Source of the DNA: Bilabrum cf. latius
Lineage: Eukaryota
Reading direction: 5' to 3'
Length of the DNA stretch: 64,000 bases
NCBI GenBank assembly: GCA_965178125.1
Contig: OZ237748.1
Coordinates: 868,001-932,000, forward strand
Shown: in pieces, positions 1 through 13,610 of the stretch
How the letters are laid out: each line of letters starts with the position of its first letter
How positions within the stretch are numbered: the stretch's first letter is position 1
The notes under the pieces: generated by a model
The model's input: the letters and a program-made list of their open reading frames with translations, nothing else
Database searches by the model: none
What the model was told of the DNA's origin: nothing
Translations under genes and position numbers: made by a program

Positions 1-753
1 ACAGTTGTTGAATTATTTCTGTCAGAAGTGATGCTGTAACATCATTGACGAATGCAGTTCACAAGTGCCGGCAACCAGCTCCATCCACAAGTTGCAACCG
101 GCCCAGAAAAACTTTCAAGAAGAAGATTAAAACTATGAGATCCGGAGTCCGGACTCGGCGGTCCGCGCTGCGCCGCTGTCTGGCCGCTGGCAGGCGGCGC
201 CGCGGCCGCGCCGAATGTCGATTTGCCGGCTAGGCGCTGGTGCCTGGTTTGGGCTGCTGCGGATAGATATCCAGCAGCTTTCCTACGTATTGCAATTTTA
301 GTGTGTTTTAAATCCCACTCAGTGCTGAAATTTGTTCTTGCGCCTGGTCTTATTGCTGGTCTGTGTTGATGCAGCTACATCGAGCTTTTGGCAGCACAAT
401 CAAAAATTTGAACTGTCACACGGTTTCCAGCATACTATACCGGCAGTCGTATATACTCGAATCGAATTGCGATACTAATTGTAAACATGCATTAAATGCT
501 CGTTTTGTCAAGATCCTGAGCATCAGGTACCACACGAGACAGGCTTACAATATGACCTGTACTACTACTAGTCCACACTTATGAATCCATTAAACTATAA
601 ATATTGTAATGGTTGACTACGTTACCGAGACCGCTCTGTAGCTAGACTTTTCGTCCGACCTCTCTGGACAAAATGTGAGGCAGGGAACTTGCGTGATACA
701 TTGCGCTGAATACGTGACAAATTGTAGATTTAATAAACATTCCCCGTGGTCGC

Positions 754-3700
754 TTAGTGCCGACCCCTCTTCGCCCCGATGGTCCCGTCGTCAGCGTACC
801 CACCGGCGCCCCCGTCATGATGGTCGTCATCGTCGTCCTCATGATTGCGTTCGTGCCAAGGGCCTCCAACATCACATGCAAATTCCACCCTGATACATGT
901 ACCACACGTCCTGCTCCTCGTCCTCCTCCTCATTCGACCCCTGCTCCTCATCCCGCCGCCCGGCAGCAACACACACATCGCAACGCACACAGTGTGTCCT
1001 TCGTCGTCATCCTCATCCTCATCGTCATCGTCGTCATCGTCATCATCGTCACTAGAATCCGAATCCACGTCAACGTCTTCAACGAATTGGAACTCCTCGT
1101 CCTGCACAGCACCGCCGGGCACTGCCTGCGCCTCGTCCTGCACAGCACCGCCGGGCACCTCCTGCTCCTCGTCCTGCACAGCACCGCCGGGCACCTCCTG
1201 CTCCTCGTCCTGCACAGCACCGCCGGGCACTGCCATCTCCTCGTCCTGCACAGCACCGCCCGGCACTGCCTGCTCCTCGTCCTGCACAGCACCGCCGGGC
1301 ACTGCCATCTCCTCGTCCTGCACAGCACCGCCGGGCACCTCCTGCCCCTCGTCCTGCGCAGCACCGCCGGGCACTACATGCTCCTCGTCCTGCACAGCAC
1401 CGCCGGGCACTGCCTGCTCCTCGTCCTGCACAGCACCGCCGGGCACTACATGCTCCTCGTCCTGCACAGCACCGCCGGGCACTGCCTGCTCCTCGTCCTG
1501 CACAGCACCGCCGGGCACTGCCATCTCCTCGTCCTGCACAGCACCGCCGGGCACTGCCTGCTCCTCGTCCTGCACAGCAACGCCGGGCACTGCCTGCTCC
1601 TCGTCCTGCATAGCACCGCCGGGCACTGCCTGCTCCTCGTCCTGCACAGCACCGCCGGGCACTGCCTGCTCCTCGTCCTGCACAGCACCGCCGGGCACTG
1701 CCATCTCCTCGTCCTGCACAGCACCGCCGGGCACTGCCTGCTCCTCGTCCTGCATAGCACCGCCGGGCACTGCCTGCTCCTCGTCCTGCGCTGCACCGCC
1801 GGGCACCTCCTGCTCCTCGTCCTGCACAGCACCGCCGGGCACCTCCTGCTCCTCGTCCTGCACAGCACCGCCGGGCACTGCCATCTCCTCGTCCTGCACA
1901 GCACCGCCGGGCACCGCCATCTCCTCGTCCTGCACAGCACCGCCGGGCACTGCCTGCTCCTCGTCCTGCACAGCACCGCCGGGCACTGCCTGCTCCTCGT
2001 CCTGCACAGCACCGCCGGGCACTGCCTGCTCCTCGTCCTGCACAGCACCGCCGGGCACTGCCATCTCCTCGTCCTGCACAGCACCGCCGGGCACCGCCTG
2101 CTCCTCGTCCTGCACAGCACCGCCGGGCACTGCCTGCTCCTCGTCCTGCACAGCAACGCCGGGCACTGCCATCTCCTCGTCCTGCACAGCACCGCCGGGC
2201 ACTGCCTGCTCCTCGTCCTGCACAGCACCGCCGGGCACTGCCATCTCCTCGTCCTGCACAGCACCGCCGGGCACCGCCTGCTCCTCGTCCTGCACAGCAC
2301 CGCCGGGCACTGCCATCTCCTCGTCCTGCACAGCACCGCCGGGCACCGCCTGCTCCTCGTCACCCTCAGCCTCGGCAACTGGCGGAGCGCCCGCGCCTCG
2401 GCTAGTGCGGCTTGGCGCAGTGCTGACATGCCGCATCGTCCCCGCTTCAAACACGCGCATGCACTCGTCACACCCCTCCACGACCGCCTTGAGCGGCACC
2501 ATCTCCCCCTCTTCGGACCACGGCGCCTTGACGTGGATCGTCAGGATGTCCCGGCTCACATTCCTCTCTCTCCTGAGGTACTCCCGGAGGTAGTCCACGT
2601 GGCCGTTGACGGTCATCTGGAACACTCGCCTGGCGTGCGTCTGCATCCGGTTCTCGATGCGCCTCATCCTCGCGGTGGACGGACACGTGGGACCAGCCCA
2701 GTGCTGGAGGTCATCGAGCTGTGCCTTCGGCAGGCGGGTCATAGCGGCTTCAACGAGGTCCAGGCCACTGTCTTTGGCGATGCAGAGGACGTCAATGATC
2801 GTGAGCCGGTCGGGACACCTCTGCTGAGCGGTTCTGAGGTCGCCCGCCTGTTGCCTTGCGAACTCGATCAGCGAGACTGGGCCGCCTTCCACTGCACCGG
2901 CGCCTGCTTCAGCTACGGCTTCATATTTTGGATGCACAGCTTCTGGCATGTCTCCAGAGGCTGCTATCGCTGGTGTTGCTGCTGCTGACGCCACGTTGCC
3001 GACTTTCGTTGCGGTGCTAGCCCCGTGCGACGCAACAATCCCGAGCGTAATGAGGCACCCACTCCGCACGGCGAGAGCCATGACGGAGTATCCGTGGTGA
3101 TCAATACCATTCTGCGATGATCCAACATTTGCTGTCGCTGGCAACACATAGTGTGGTTACAACCTAGTTGTTTGAACGCGATGATACCAACCGCAATCGG
3201 ATAGTAATACATCGATACATGTGGCGCCAAGTAGCAACGACCCAGCACGCAGTAAACTTACGGTAATCGCGGTAGTCACGGCAGCCGGACCCTCCGCTTT
3301 GGCGAGCAGCGTGAAGTTGATGTACATGCCCAGCGCAGCAGCATACTGAATCGGCTTGATACCATTCTATGGTGAACGAAACGAAATTTAACACAAGCCA
3401 TTCTATTATTTTACCGACGCGTTGCCCGGCACCAGGGTAGATGCAGGTGGCCATTCGTCACGAGGTGCGAAATTGTGCTTGCAACTGGAACCGCTCTCAC
3501 CGAATCCACCATTTGAGGATCACCTCCTGCATTTAGAAGCATCGATAGATAGTCCTGATTGTCCACTGTAGCAGCTAAGCATAACAGTGTTAGCCGGGTG
3601 CCGCTCTGCGTTGCTTTAGAATGCACGGTCTAGTTAGGTAGATTGATACATGTCACATGTGCAACATATGACCATGTCAGCCTGCGAGACTTCACACCGC

Positions 3701-4377
3701 TTACCTTAAAAAACGGGCATTTGTTAGCGATGGCGACGGTTACAGTTGACTGACGTGCACTTAACACATCTGCCTAGGCTTCAGCTGGCAGGCTTGCGAG
3801 CTGTGCCAGGCCGTCCTCAAAAGCAGGCCAGTTTTTCGTTTTCAGACCGAACTTTATCAAATTGAAAGTATTTTTCACTACGTCATAGCTGCCACGATCT
3901 CTAAACCTGCTCGTGTATTGGGGGCATTGTGATTTGAGGTAAGCATAATGTAGGCAACCTAGGGCGATGCATGGTTGTGGCGGTGGTTTTAATCTTCCTC
4001 TTGAAAGTTCAACGCGGACCTCTTGCAAACGGTGGTTGCAACTAGGTCTATCTTGATCATGTTTTCGGTCGCTAGCGTATCTTTGGCACCAAAAACCATT
4101 GGTCGATCACAAGGCTGGTGTCGGAGGACAGGGAGCCGCTGGGCAGTGGCTCTTTGGCACGAGCGCCACTGGCAGCGACTTTCATCGCGGGCAGCAGCCC
4201 GTGGCGGCAGGGCCACTGGCACGCGGCAAGACCACTGGCACCCTCTCGACCAGCCGGCTTCCATAACGCACCATGCGCAGCAGTATGTCCATTCAATATT
4301 GGCAAGCACTCACGAAGACATTCTTGTGCGGCAGGCTCCAATTTCTGACGTGTAGAAGTGAGGCAGCCAGACATCAA
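754..4377 (-). CDS. Multi-exon hypothetical protein with degenerate ankyrin repeats and a long acidic 12-aa tandem repeat; boundaries uncertain
   Basis: Ankyrin-like segments TLLCLAATVDNQDYLSMLLNAGGDP (~3500-3590) and GYSVMALAVRSGCLITLGIVASHGA (~3020-3095). GT donor (AAG|GTAAG) at ~3703. ORF 754..3147 carries AVPGGAVQDEEQ repeats and a poly-Asp tract. The 5' exons and 3' end are unresolved. Confidence 0.5.
1093..2361. repeat. 36-bp coding minisatellite, ~35 copies (AVPGGAVQDEE[Q/M] on the minus strand)
   Basis: Unit CTCCTCGTCCTGCACAGCACCGCCGGGCACTGCCTG with a few recurring variants. Confidence 0.95.
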
Positions 4378-5041
4378 CTCCTCGCTGCCACCATTCCCAA
4401 GTCAATCTGATTTCTTTAGACATTGCACTGTACATAGTATCTCGCATTTTATACTGTTAGCTACTACTCCAAAATACCAAGCTACTTTCTGTTCTGATAG
4501 AGACAATACTGATCGCATTGCTAAGATGTAGTCCTTTTGCAAGGTATAGTATCCGCAACTAGCAGTACCAGAGTTTCCTCAGCACCAGAGCGATTCTTGC
4601 GACCAATATATGCGACCTCACCAGTTCAAATGAATCCTTGCACGTAGAGCCTCACGATTGTGATGGCATCATTATATAACACATCAACCATCAAGTTTGA
4701 CGCACTCCTTGAATCTATTTCTAGGAGAGTGCAGTATTGGGATGACGTGCCCAACATCAATGCAGCACGCTTACAACAAGTCACGGATTGACCGCGTTAC
4801 CCTTGCGAACCAGTCCAAGAAGCCAAATATCCTCATTCAATATCAGTTTGTGCTCTAGGTATGCATCGTAGTTTAGTGTTACTCGCGGTGAAAACCTGGA
4901 CTGCGTCGCGCAATTCGGCACAGGCACGCGCCAACCGGCACGCGCAAATATGGATGGCGGACTATGGCGAGAAAGCTTCAGTAGTATTACTCAAAAAATG
5001 CAGCAAAGTCGTGCTGGTAGGAGTCTATTAACAGAACAAGC

Positions 5042-7802
5042 TCAAAAACCTGCACCAGTCCTGCCCATGGCACCACCTGCCGGCGGTACTCTAGGCCCGC
5101 CCATGGCACCACCTGCCAGCGGTGCTCTAGCCCCGCCCATGGCACCACCTGCCAGCGGTACTCTAGCCCCGCCCATGGCACCACCTGCCGGCGGTACTCT
5201 AGCCCCGCCCATGGCACCACCTGCCAGCGGTACTCTAGCCCCGCCCATGGCACCACCTGCCAGCGGTGCTCTAGCCCCGCCCATGGCACCACCTGCCGGC
5301 GGTACTCTAGCCCCGCCCATGGCACCACCTGCCGGCGGTACTCTAGCCCCGCCCATGGCACCACCTGCCGGCGGTACTCTAGCCCCGCCCATGGCACCAC
5401 CTGCCGGCGGTACTCTAGCCCCGCCCATGGCACCACCTGCCGGCGGTACTCTAGCCCCGCCCATGGCACCACCTGCCGGCGGTACTCTAGCCCCGCCCAT
5501 GGCACCACCTGCCGACGGTACTCTAGCCCCGCCCATGGCACCACCTGCCGGCGGTACTCTAGCCCCGCCCATGGCACCACCTGCCAGCGGTGCTCTAGCC
5601 CCGCCCATGGCACCACCTGCCGGCGGTACTCTAGCCCCGCCCATGGCACCACCTGCCGGCGGTACTCTAGCCCCGCCCATGGCACCACCTGCCGGCGGTT
5701 CTCCAGCTCTGTTGGCCTAAAGTTGCTTTCGAAGTGCCTCAACTACCTGTTGGTGGCTGGGAAGCGGAAGGCAGTCGCATCTACCAGTACCATCGCCGGC
5801 ACCTGTTCCGCCCCGCTGCTGCTGCTGCTGCCTAGCCATCGACTGCCTGATTAGGTGCAGCCTCATATCTTCGTACCCTGCTTCTACGTGTTTCTCCAGT
5901 GCCGTCGGAGGTCGTCGACCGCATCTGCTCGCGCATGCCCCCGACACTGCGCTCGCGTCACACTTCGCACAGAAGCGTCCAATGTACACCATGGGTCCCC
6001 GACATGTAGGGCAGCCCTCTACTCCTCCCTTCAAGCATTTGGTTGACCTGCCCAGCACCCGCTTGCATGACACGCAGCCCCACCTGTGGCTGTACACCAC
6101 GGGGAAGCTGGGCTTGCCTGGCTCGGCGAAGCCCCGCTCCTGATTCTCTGCTCGCCTCTTCCAATCGGACAACTCCTGTCCACGCTCCCACGATGCGGCA
6201 TCACTGATCATGCACGCGGCGGCCTGGCACATGTAATGGATGAGCACAGTCCCGAGCTGCTGCCGGGTTGTGATTCGTTTGGGACTCAGCTTTAGAGTGC
6301 CGCCAATAGCCTGGCCCAGACGCTCAGCTGCCCCAGAAGATGCGGAGGCCAGCCTCCCCGTCCCTTCGTCTTGTCTTGCCCATCGGGGCTGAAACTGCCC
6401 TGCATCCTTCTTGAGCATATTGGTCCAGTAGAGGTCGATGCACGCTTCGCTGCTACTCCTGCCGGCGTCCCTGCTCCTGCGGGTGTCCCTGCTCCTGCTT
6501 CCTACTTTTTGCCGTCTTTTCGGTTTTTGTTTTGGCATTGCTGGCGCGTACAGCAGCACGGGCAGCTGGCTGCCGAAGACGCTGCTGTTGAACTGCTGGT
6601 ACAGGTCAACCGCAAGCGTTGTCAGCTGTCTCCGGCAAGTCGGCAAGTCGGCGTGTCCAGTACCATGCCCCGTTGCAGATGATGCGATGGCTTCCGCATT
6701 CGCAGTGATCAGTGTGCTGGCCGCCGTGCCAGCACCTGCGCGACTCCCACCCTCTAGGGTGCGCAGGACTGCAGACCCAGCACCCGCGCTACTCTCGACG
6801 CTGGGTCTGATTTGACCGATTCGCCGGCGACTGGGCGTGCCTGGGCCCGCACCAGAGGATAGGGAGGGGCTCCTTCGCCGGTGACTGGGTGTGCCTGGGC
6901 CCGCACCAGAGGGTAGGGAGGGGCTTCTTCGCCGGCGACTGGGTGTGCCTGGGCCCGCACCAGAGGATAGGGAGGGGCTCCTTCGCCGGTGACTGGGTGT
7001 GCCTGGGCCCGCACCAGAGGATAGGGAGGGGCTCCTTCGCCGGCGAATCGCTAGCTGCAGTGCCGAAGGGGAGGTAGTTGATGCGCCCCCGCTCTCTAGC
7101 CTTGCTTTCTTGCCACCCCTCGTGTCCTTGCACTCGTCATCCTCCTGGTCCACCTCCTTGTGTACCCCATGCATCTTGCATTCATCGTCGTCTCCCCCCA
7201 TCCTCACTTGCTGCTGCTGCTGCTGTTGTTGCCTGGTACCATTGCCCCTCTCCCTTCGCAGTGCAGCTGCTCTGGCTGAATGATCGGGACCATCATCGAA
7301 CGCCGAGGCGTCCTCTCGCCTTCGCTTGTTGCCGATGCCGGAGTGCGGTCTGCTGGTGTCTGGCTAGATCTGGGGGTGTATGTGAGGCCAACTCGGGGCC
7401 ACTAGAAAATGAATGACCAGAGCTTGTGGAACTGCTGCTTGATTGGAGGCCCATAAGACGTCGCAGATCTCGAATGCCACGCGATTGAGCCATGTCTCCA
7501 ACGGTTTGGGTAGGTCGATCTCCTGATACTGATGCCTGGTAGCCTCGCTCGCCTGGCATGAGCATTTCGTCACCATCGCTGTCGTCATCGCTGTCGGAGT
7601 TGCTGTCTGATGACAGCTCAATCACGCTCCTCTCGGAGTTGAGCTGCACGGAATCGTCGCCAACCTCCATGTTCCGTGCGGCGCTGGTGCTTTCGCGACG
7701 GGGGCTTGCGCTAACGCTCGCGTTCTCGCTGTGCATGCTCCATATCATGCTCGGGCTCTGCTCATTGTATGATCCATCCATAGGAGCCGACATTGCGAGC
7801 AA
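5042..7802 (-). CDS. GCNA/ACRC-like protein (acidic/SIM-like region, SprT-like domain, Zn ribbon, HMG-like helix) with degenerate active site
   Basis: LYQQFNSSVFGSQLP...WTNMLKKDAG...LKLSPKRITTRQQLGTVLIHYMCQAA matches the SprT fold. CVSC...CPTC Zn ribbon follows, and VIELSSDSNSDSDDD is SIM-like. The TAG at 5717 reads through in frame into the 39-bp repeat ORF, ending at TGA 5042. A frame change (intron) is needed near 7400. Confidence 0.7.
5063..5699. repeat. 39-bp coding minisatellite, ~16 copies (PPAGGAMGGARV-type on the minus strand)
   Basis: Unit approximately GCCCATGGCACCACCTGCCGGCGGTACTCTAGCCCC, tandemly repeated; unit length judged by eye (36-39 bp). Confidence 0.9.
6820..7045. repeat. 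54-bp coding repeat, ~4 copies (RRRSPSLSSGAGPGTPS[H/R])
   Basis: Direct tandem copies inside the GCNA-like ORF. Confidence 0.85.
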
Positions 7803-8665
7803 TAGATGAAGTTATGATACTTGCCGCGAGCAGCTGCGGTCAAATGGCGAGGGAGCGTCGCAGAAAGTGAGATAGCTTGTAGCGCCACGCTACCAAAAAA
7901 GACTGCCTGCCGAATCACAGCCTAGAGTGATGCCGGCACCCGTTCAACGAGGTATATGTGATTGTTTACTATGTATAGCTTAAACATCGTTGTATCATAG
8001 ACAAAACTTACAAAGATTGTTTGTAGCTGAAGATTTGTTGTGATGTTGGAGATAATTCCTGGAAGGGCGCGCGCTTCGTGGCAAATTGGTTTACGGAAAC
8101 CACGCCGTACAAACCCACAGTTCTCACATTTTGCATTATTGAGCACACAATGCGTCCAGTGTAGGTAATTATCGACACAGGTGTCCCACCTGCTTGATGC
8201 AATGATAATTGTCTATGGGGTGTGTAGACTACTCGGGAACTATTGCCAGGATGTGCATTACGTTTTGTGTCCATGTATTGCAGTACGAATCAAGAATATC
8301 AGCATGGCAGCTGGGATTCTAAGGATCAGACAAATATCAGACTTAGTATTGTAGTAGTCAAAGGTTGCCACTGTAGATGTTGCTCTGAGCAAGCTTGCGC
8401 ACACACTTGTTTTCTAGCCAGGCTAAATCGCTTCAAGCTCCTTGCACCATTGACCTGAGCATTCTAGTAGTAATCGATACAGCTTGAAGTGAGAGGCTGA
8501 AGCTAGACAATACATTTGATTTAAATGTAGCATGCAGAACCGATGATTGGTGTCTGTTCAAGCACGTGCCAATAAACTAGCAACCTGAGACCCAACCAAT
8601 CACGCTGGATTAGTCCTATTTTACTGGCGAATAGACACAAATATATATAACTAGAAATGCGTGTA

Positions 8666-10183
8666 TCACTTCCCGAACAGCGAAAAGATCGACATAAGGC
8701 CCTACTAGTTTTTAGAGGCGGTCCCGTCCTCTACACCTTCCCCCTTGTCCTCGTCAATACCCTCGTCTTCGTCCTCGTCGTCATCCTCACCCTCGTCCTC
8801 GTCGTCACCTTCACCGTCGTCCTTGTCGTCATCCTCACCCTCGTCCTCGTCGTCACCTTCACCGTCGTCCTTGTCGTCATCCTCACCCTCGTCCTCGTCG
8901 TCACCCTCACCCTCGTCTTCGTCCTCACTAGGATCAGTAATCGAGCCATCATCGCATTCGGCCCCTGTTGGCTGGATGTACTCATCGTCACTGGTGTCCG
9001 AATAGAAGTCAGCATCGCCCTCATCGTCCGCCGCTCCTTCCCGCAATGCCGTAGGCTCTTCCCCTCCTCTTGCCATGAGCATGGCCCCTTGGTCCTATGC
9101 TATCGGTATTGAGAGGCTCTTTTTGAACCTTTGGTACACTTCGAGTGCAAGCTCGGCCTTGTGGGTCTGGGTAGATGACATCATATCGCTGCGGACTTCC
9201 ATGCATCGAGGGGCCCCTTTCGATAGCGACCCGGCCACAGGACCCGCGCCGGCACCCACCCCTCCCGCGAAGCACGCGGTGCTGCAAGTCGATGAAGCAG
9301 GACTGACCTGCATTAGTGGACGGGCATCGCCTGATAGCAAGCTTTGAGATGACCAGATGGATTTGAAGGAGCCAGATTCACTCATCTAGGAGCTACTGTC
9401 ACCGATTCTGGCCTTCTTGCTTCCCGGCATGTCCCACTCCTCCTTGCACTCTATCTTGACGTGGCAATCCCCACGTTTTATTTCTCCCGCGTACCCCCGA
9501 CGTTGTGCGCCAGGATCAACGAATGTCCCCATGAATGCACGCTTTGCCTCCATGTGTCCCTGCTTGTTACCCTTGCTCACAAAAGTGCTCTCACCGCTGC
9601 CTCCTATCTAGGCTTCCCGCATTTCCCCCCTCTTCCTCTTTGCACCCAGGATAGGCTGGCTTGGGACAGGAAGCAGAAGGGGGCGCCAGCCTACTACTGT
9701 CGGATCCAACGCGTAGCCAGTTCCGGTTCCGGCTCCGGTGTTGGCTTTCGATGCAGCAAGGACAGAGCTTGCCTACCGTACACGTGTCAAGAATGGTCGC
9801 AGACAGGCATCCTATGCACCAGCAGGCGCAGCGCTGCAAGCACAATCGTTGCCCCTGGCATACGCTTGAGACTCGTCAGGGATGCCAATGGTATGTCCAT
9901 CGTATGGATGGGCTTCGCTGCCGGTAGAGTGCCTTAGCCCGTTGGATGCAGGGCGCAACCCAGGTTTGACCAGGTACTGCGGTCCGCTCCTGAAGGTGCC
10001 GGGGCTACTCGCCTTTGCTCCGGCGTGGAAGTGCACATGAGCACCGGATAACAAAGGACCGATTCCCATGCTGGCAAGATCTGGGCTTTGGCCGTCGCGG
10101 TCATTCTGCTTGGAGTTCATTCTGGATTGTCTCGGCTGCAAGGCTCTGCAGAAAATGGGGTGAGTCGATGGATCACTCATCAT
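8666..10183 (-). CDS. Hypothetical protein (~505 aa) with acidic C-terminal repeats; contiguous only if TAG is sense
   Basis: Track ORFs 9812..10183, 9386..9580, 9095..9385 and 8705..9082 share one frame. They are separated only by TAG (7 in total), and the first TGA is at 8666. Confidence 0.6.
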
Positions 10184-10840
10184 TTAATCAGAAACGGGCT
10201 AAACCATACAACATTCGACACAGCCATACAACCATCGCCATAGCAATCATTAGGAATACTGTCAGGTCAGCCCAATACCGAGGATACCCGCGTTGCATCA
10301 GGCAGTGCAACCAAGTTCTCCTTTCGTGGCCTCCAACATGATTTTGAAAGCGTCTGGCATCATAGGATGGATTGCATCCAATCTCACTACTACTTACAAG
10401 CCCACCGGTATTGATGGTATACAGCCTTCTATTGTGGGATCGAGTTGCACTTGCAAACCAGTTTGCAACGTGGCCATAGGGAACTCTAGCGAACCTTCGC
10501 TTTCCAGGAAAGTTCCGGATAGAAATCTCCATAGACTCTATCTAGAATATGATTGGTCTAGAGGGGAGGGCAGTGCTCTTCTGAATGATGATGGAAAAGC
10601 CAACCAGGCTATAATAATCTTGCTGGAACATGGTGCATAGGCCAGTTGGGAAATTGCTGGTGGACCGGAGCTCGACGCCGGTCCCATCCCCACGATGCGG
10701 TGCCCCGGTTGTAGTCTGGATAAGTTATTCGTTACCCTGCAGGAAACGACGTCTTGATAGCGTTTCTTTTCAGTACAGCCGGGAGTTGCACGCCGAGGGG
10801 GCAGCCCATATACTCCGAGAGAACGGCAGTCGTACTTACC

Positions 10841-12544
10841 TCAATGCCAATCTTCTTCTTGATCCGAGTCCAACCCCAAGCCTTCCAACTCATCAGCCCC
10901 CCATTCTAATAGCCCATCCTCCGCCCGAATTGTCTTACTATGCTTCCCATTTTTCTTCACACTACTCCCAGATCGCCTTCCGCAATCCATTCCTGAGGGG
11001 CGCATGACTGGCTCACAGGTGTCCCCTGCTGCAGCAGCTGATTCAAGAATCTCGACACACTCGTCATGATGTCCGAGTCGCGCTGCGTCCGCCGGCAGCA
11101 TGTTAACGCATTTTCCACCAATGGTGATCTATCCTTTCCTTGTTACAGCGCCCGCCAGCCTACCAAGTGTCAGCCTCCTCGTCAGCTCCATGGGCCTTCC
11201 CTCGGCAGCTGCCCGAAATACCAATGCCGCATCTCTATATGCTTCCACTGCCCTCCTCCACCGAGCCATGTGCCTACGGTACGGACACCAAGCCCGTATC
11301 GCCCTCGTTGTTTCATTTGCGCATTTGCTAACTTCATCAGGCCTCAATCGTTTCTGCGTGTTGTTTCGGCAAAAGGAGGTGGCACACGTGGTGCTTTCAC
11401 ATGTGGATAGAAAACGAACGGCCATGCATACAACGCACTACGCAAAGCCATGACGGCGTGCCCACTTTCGTAGACCGCTAAATCATGGCCAGCACAATGT
11501 ATGCTTGGTGGGTAGATCTATTGAATCGAATGACCGACGCACCTTATTTCGAACAGTGCGATTCGCGCCACCCTCCATCAGCATGATCGCACAGTCAAGT
11601 GAGTTGGCTCGGGCTGCTAAATGTAATGCAGTGTTTCCATCCTGCCAGCAATATGAACAAGCCATATGATCGTACTAGTTCCTATCGTGTGTATGATCTA
11701 GACCGAGGGGCAAACGACCGTGTAAGAATTGAGCTACCAACGACACTAAAAACAGCAGAAATTACATGATTCCGAGAGCGTACTTAAACAGAGTGTTCTT
11801 GATCTAGCTTGGAGATTCGCTCACGTGGCTCTTGGTGCATACTTCGGCCCCGTTCTCCAATAGAATAGCCAGGCATGTCGAGTGGTTGCCTTTGGCTGCT
11901 AGCATAACGGCTGTGTTTCCCTCCTGCATTGCCACGCGCGAGCCATGATGTTTGTCACCGCGGAGCATACTTATCTCATCAAGACGACGGATCGATGCAT
12001 ATGTGTTCGGTACGGCGCCAATCATCCAGCTATAATACAGCATAGAGCGGTTCCATAGGGACTTTAGATGCGGCAATTCCCATGCACACTTAAAGATACG
12101 AGCTAGGTTACTGGATTGGGCGCCTTACTTCATCTTTGGCATTCACATCCGCCCAATTGGATACCAGCACTTCGAGGCACTCAGCGTGACCAGCGCTGGC
12201 TGCTAGTATGGACGCTGTACGACCCATCTGCAAAAGCGAGTGACTGCAAAGCCCACTCACATGCTAACATTTTTTGTTGGCATTGCGACTCTTGAATTCT
12301 TCAAAGTACACTGTGGTTACATATAGGATACTTGTTTCTTGCGTGGGCCAATTTTCTCGCCTAGGAAAGTCTAACATATCCGTGACCTTCTCGAGTTGAA
12401 GTTATGGGTACACACTTTTTATCCAAATAGGTATTATTCAGAAATCCTCACATAACCATGGTAGTTCACATCGCTACCAGCAGTGATCATTTCACGCAGT
12501 TCCGATACATCACCATTTCTAGCTGCTCGAAAAATACTGGGCCT
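10841..12544 (-). CDS. Ankyrin-repeat protein, about one repeat per exon, with the shared C-terminal domain
   Basis: Exons SIFRAARNGDVSELREMITAGSDVN, GRTASILAASAGHAECLEVLV, EGNTAVMLAAKGNHSTCLAILLENGA and DGNTALHLAARANSLDCAIMLMEGGA with GT-AG borders. The last exon has RRAVEAYRDAALVFRAAAEGRPMELTRRL, with an in-frame TAG at 11129. Confidence 0.8.
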
Positions 12545-13610
12545 GTAAAATTTTCTCTCAGAAAAAATATATTTGAAATAAACTAAAGGCTTGCCCCCTG
12601 CTATTAATATGTAGGGACCTTGTATGGGATTCGTAGGGGCACGTACAGCCCGAGCAGCATTCACTTGCATAATTCCGAGCATCTAAACTACCTTTTGCCG
12701 GATTGATGAAAAACAAGCTCACATTGGCACATACGTGAAAAGGGTCCTGACTTGCATCGAGCTACAAGGATAGATTTATGAATTTGTAGTGCTTTGCCAT
12801 GCGAGAACAGCCCCCCCCCGGATTGCCTCACGTTTGCAGAACGTTCGTTGGCAACATGATGAAATAGATCTCTTGGGCGCTTCGTTACACACGATTTCAA
12901 TTTCACCGTAGGCGTGCATTCTCAACCGATTCAACCAGCCCGGATGGCACACCACGCACCACCAGCGGCTGAACAGCATACACACCCGCGAGCTCAATCT
13001 CGTCGTACGAATCCCCCGCTCCACTCAAGCAAAAACCAGATCCCGCTGCACCTCAACAGGGACACAAGGGCATGCTGGCAGCAGCAGCATAAGCACAAGC
13101 ACCGCAACACAGCAGCCCGACTAAAGCTGCTCACCAATTATCAGATCTCACACCACCCCGCTGCCCAACAGCGAGCGCTGGAGCACACAGCCCACCACGA
13201 GCCTTTTGAACAGCCTGTGACAACCGCGCCAAATGACCCGCAACACACCCCTTGTCCCAGGATGCAGCGACCCAAAAAGATCTGTCAAAAATCAACCCAT
13301 CACCTGGGCTCCTCTGCAGAAAATTCGTCCCAACACAACCCACCCACCCCATGGCCCCACGCAGGCCGCTAGTTCACGCCCCTACCAATACCACCCACCC
13401 ACCCTATGGCCCCACCCAGGCCGTCACTTCACGACCCCCCTCCACCCCTCCCCTGCAACCCAAGCTAGTCCACAAAAAGTAGTGTCCAGGAACATCCATC
13501 CATCCAGTCCAGCCGAGGTCACTCGTCACACACCCCGAAGTATCTGCTGGCCCCCCACCCCAGTCCAAGTCCCAGTCCCTGCCGCAATCCTGCTCAAGCG
13601 GGTGCCACTG

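Noticed and set aside
870-1000. Apparent 2-nt frameshift near the 3' end of ORF 754..3147
   Set aside because: An alternative frame (HCVRCDVC...DEEQ) looks more protein-like, but error, intron and real mutation cannot be distinguished.
757-2988. Long plus-strand ORFs (743 and 582 aa)
   Set aside because: They are antisense shadows of the stop-free 36-bp repeat; ankyrin-like content is on the minus strand.
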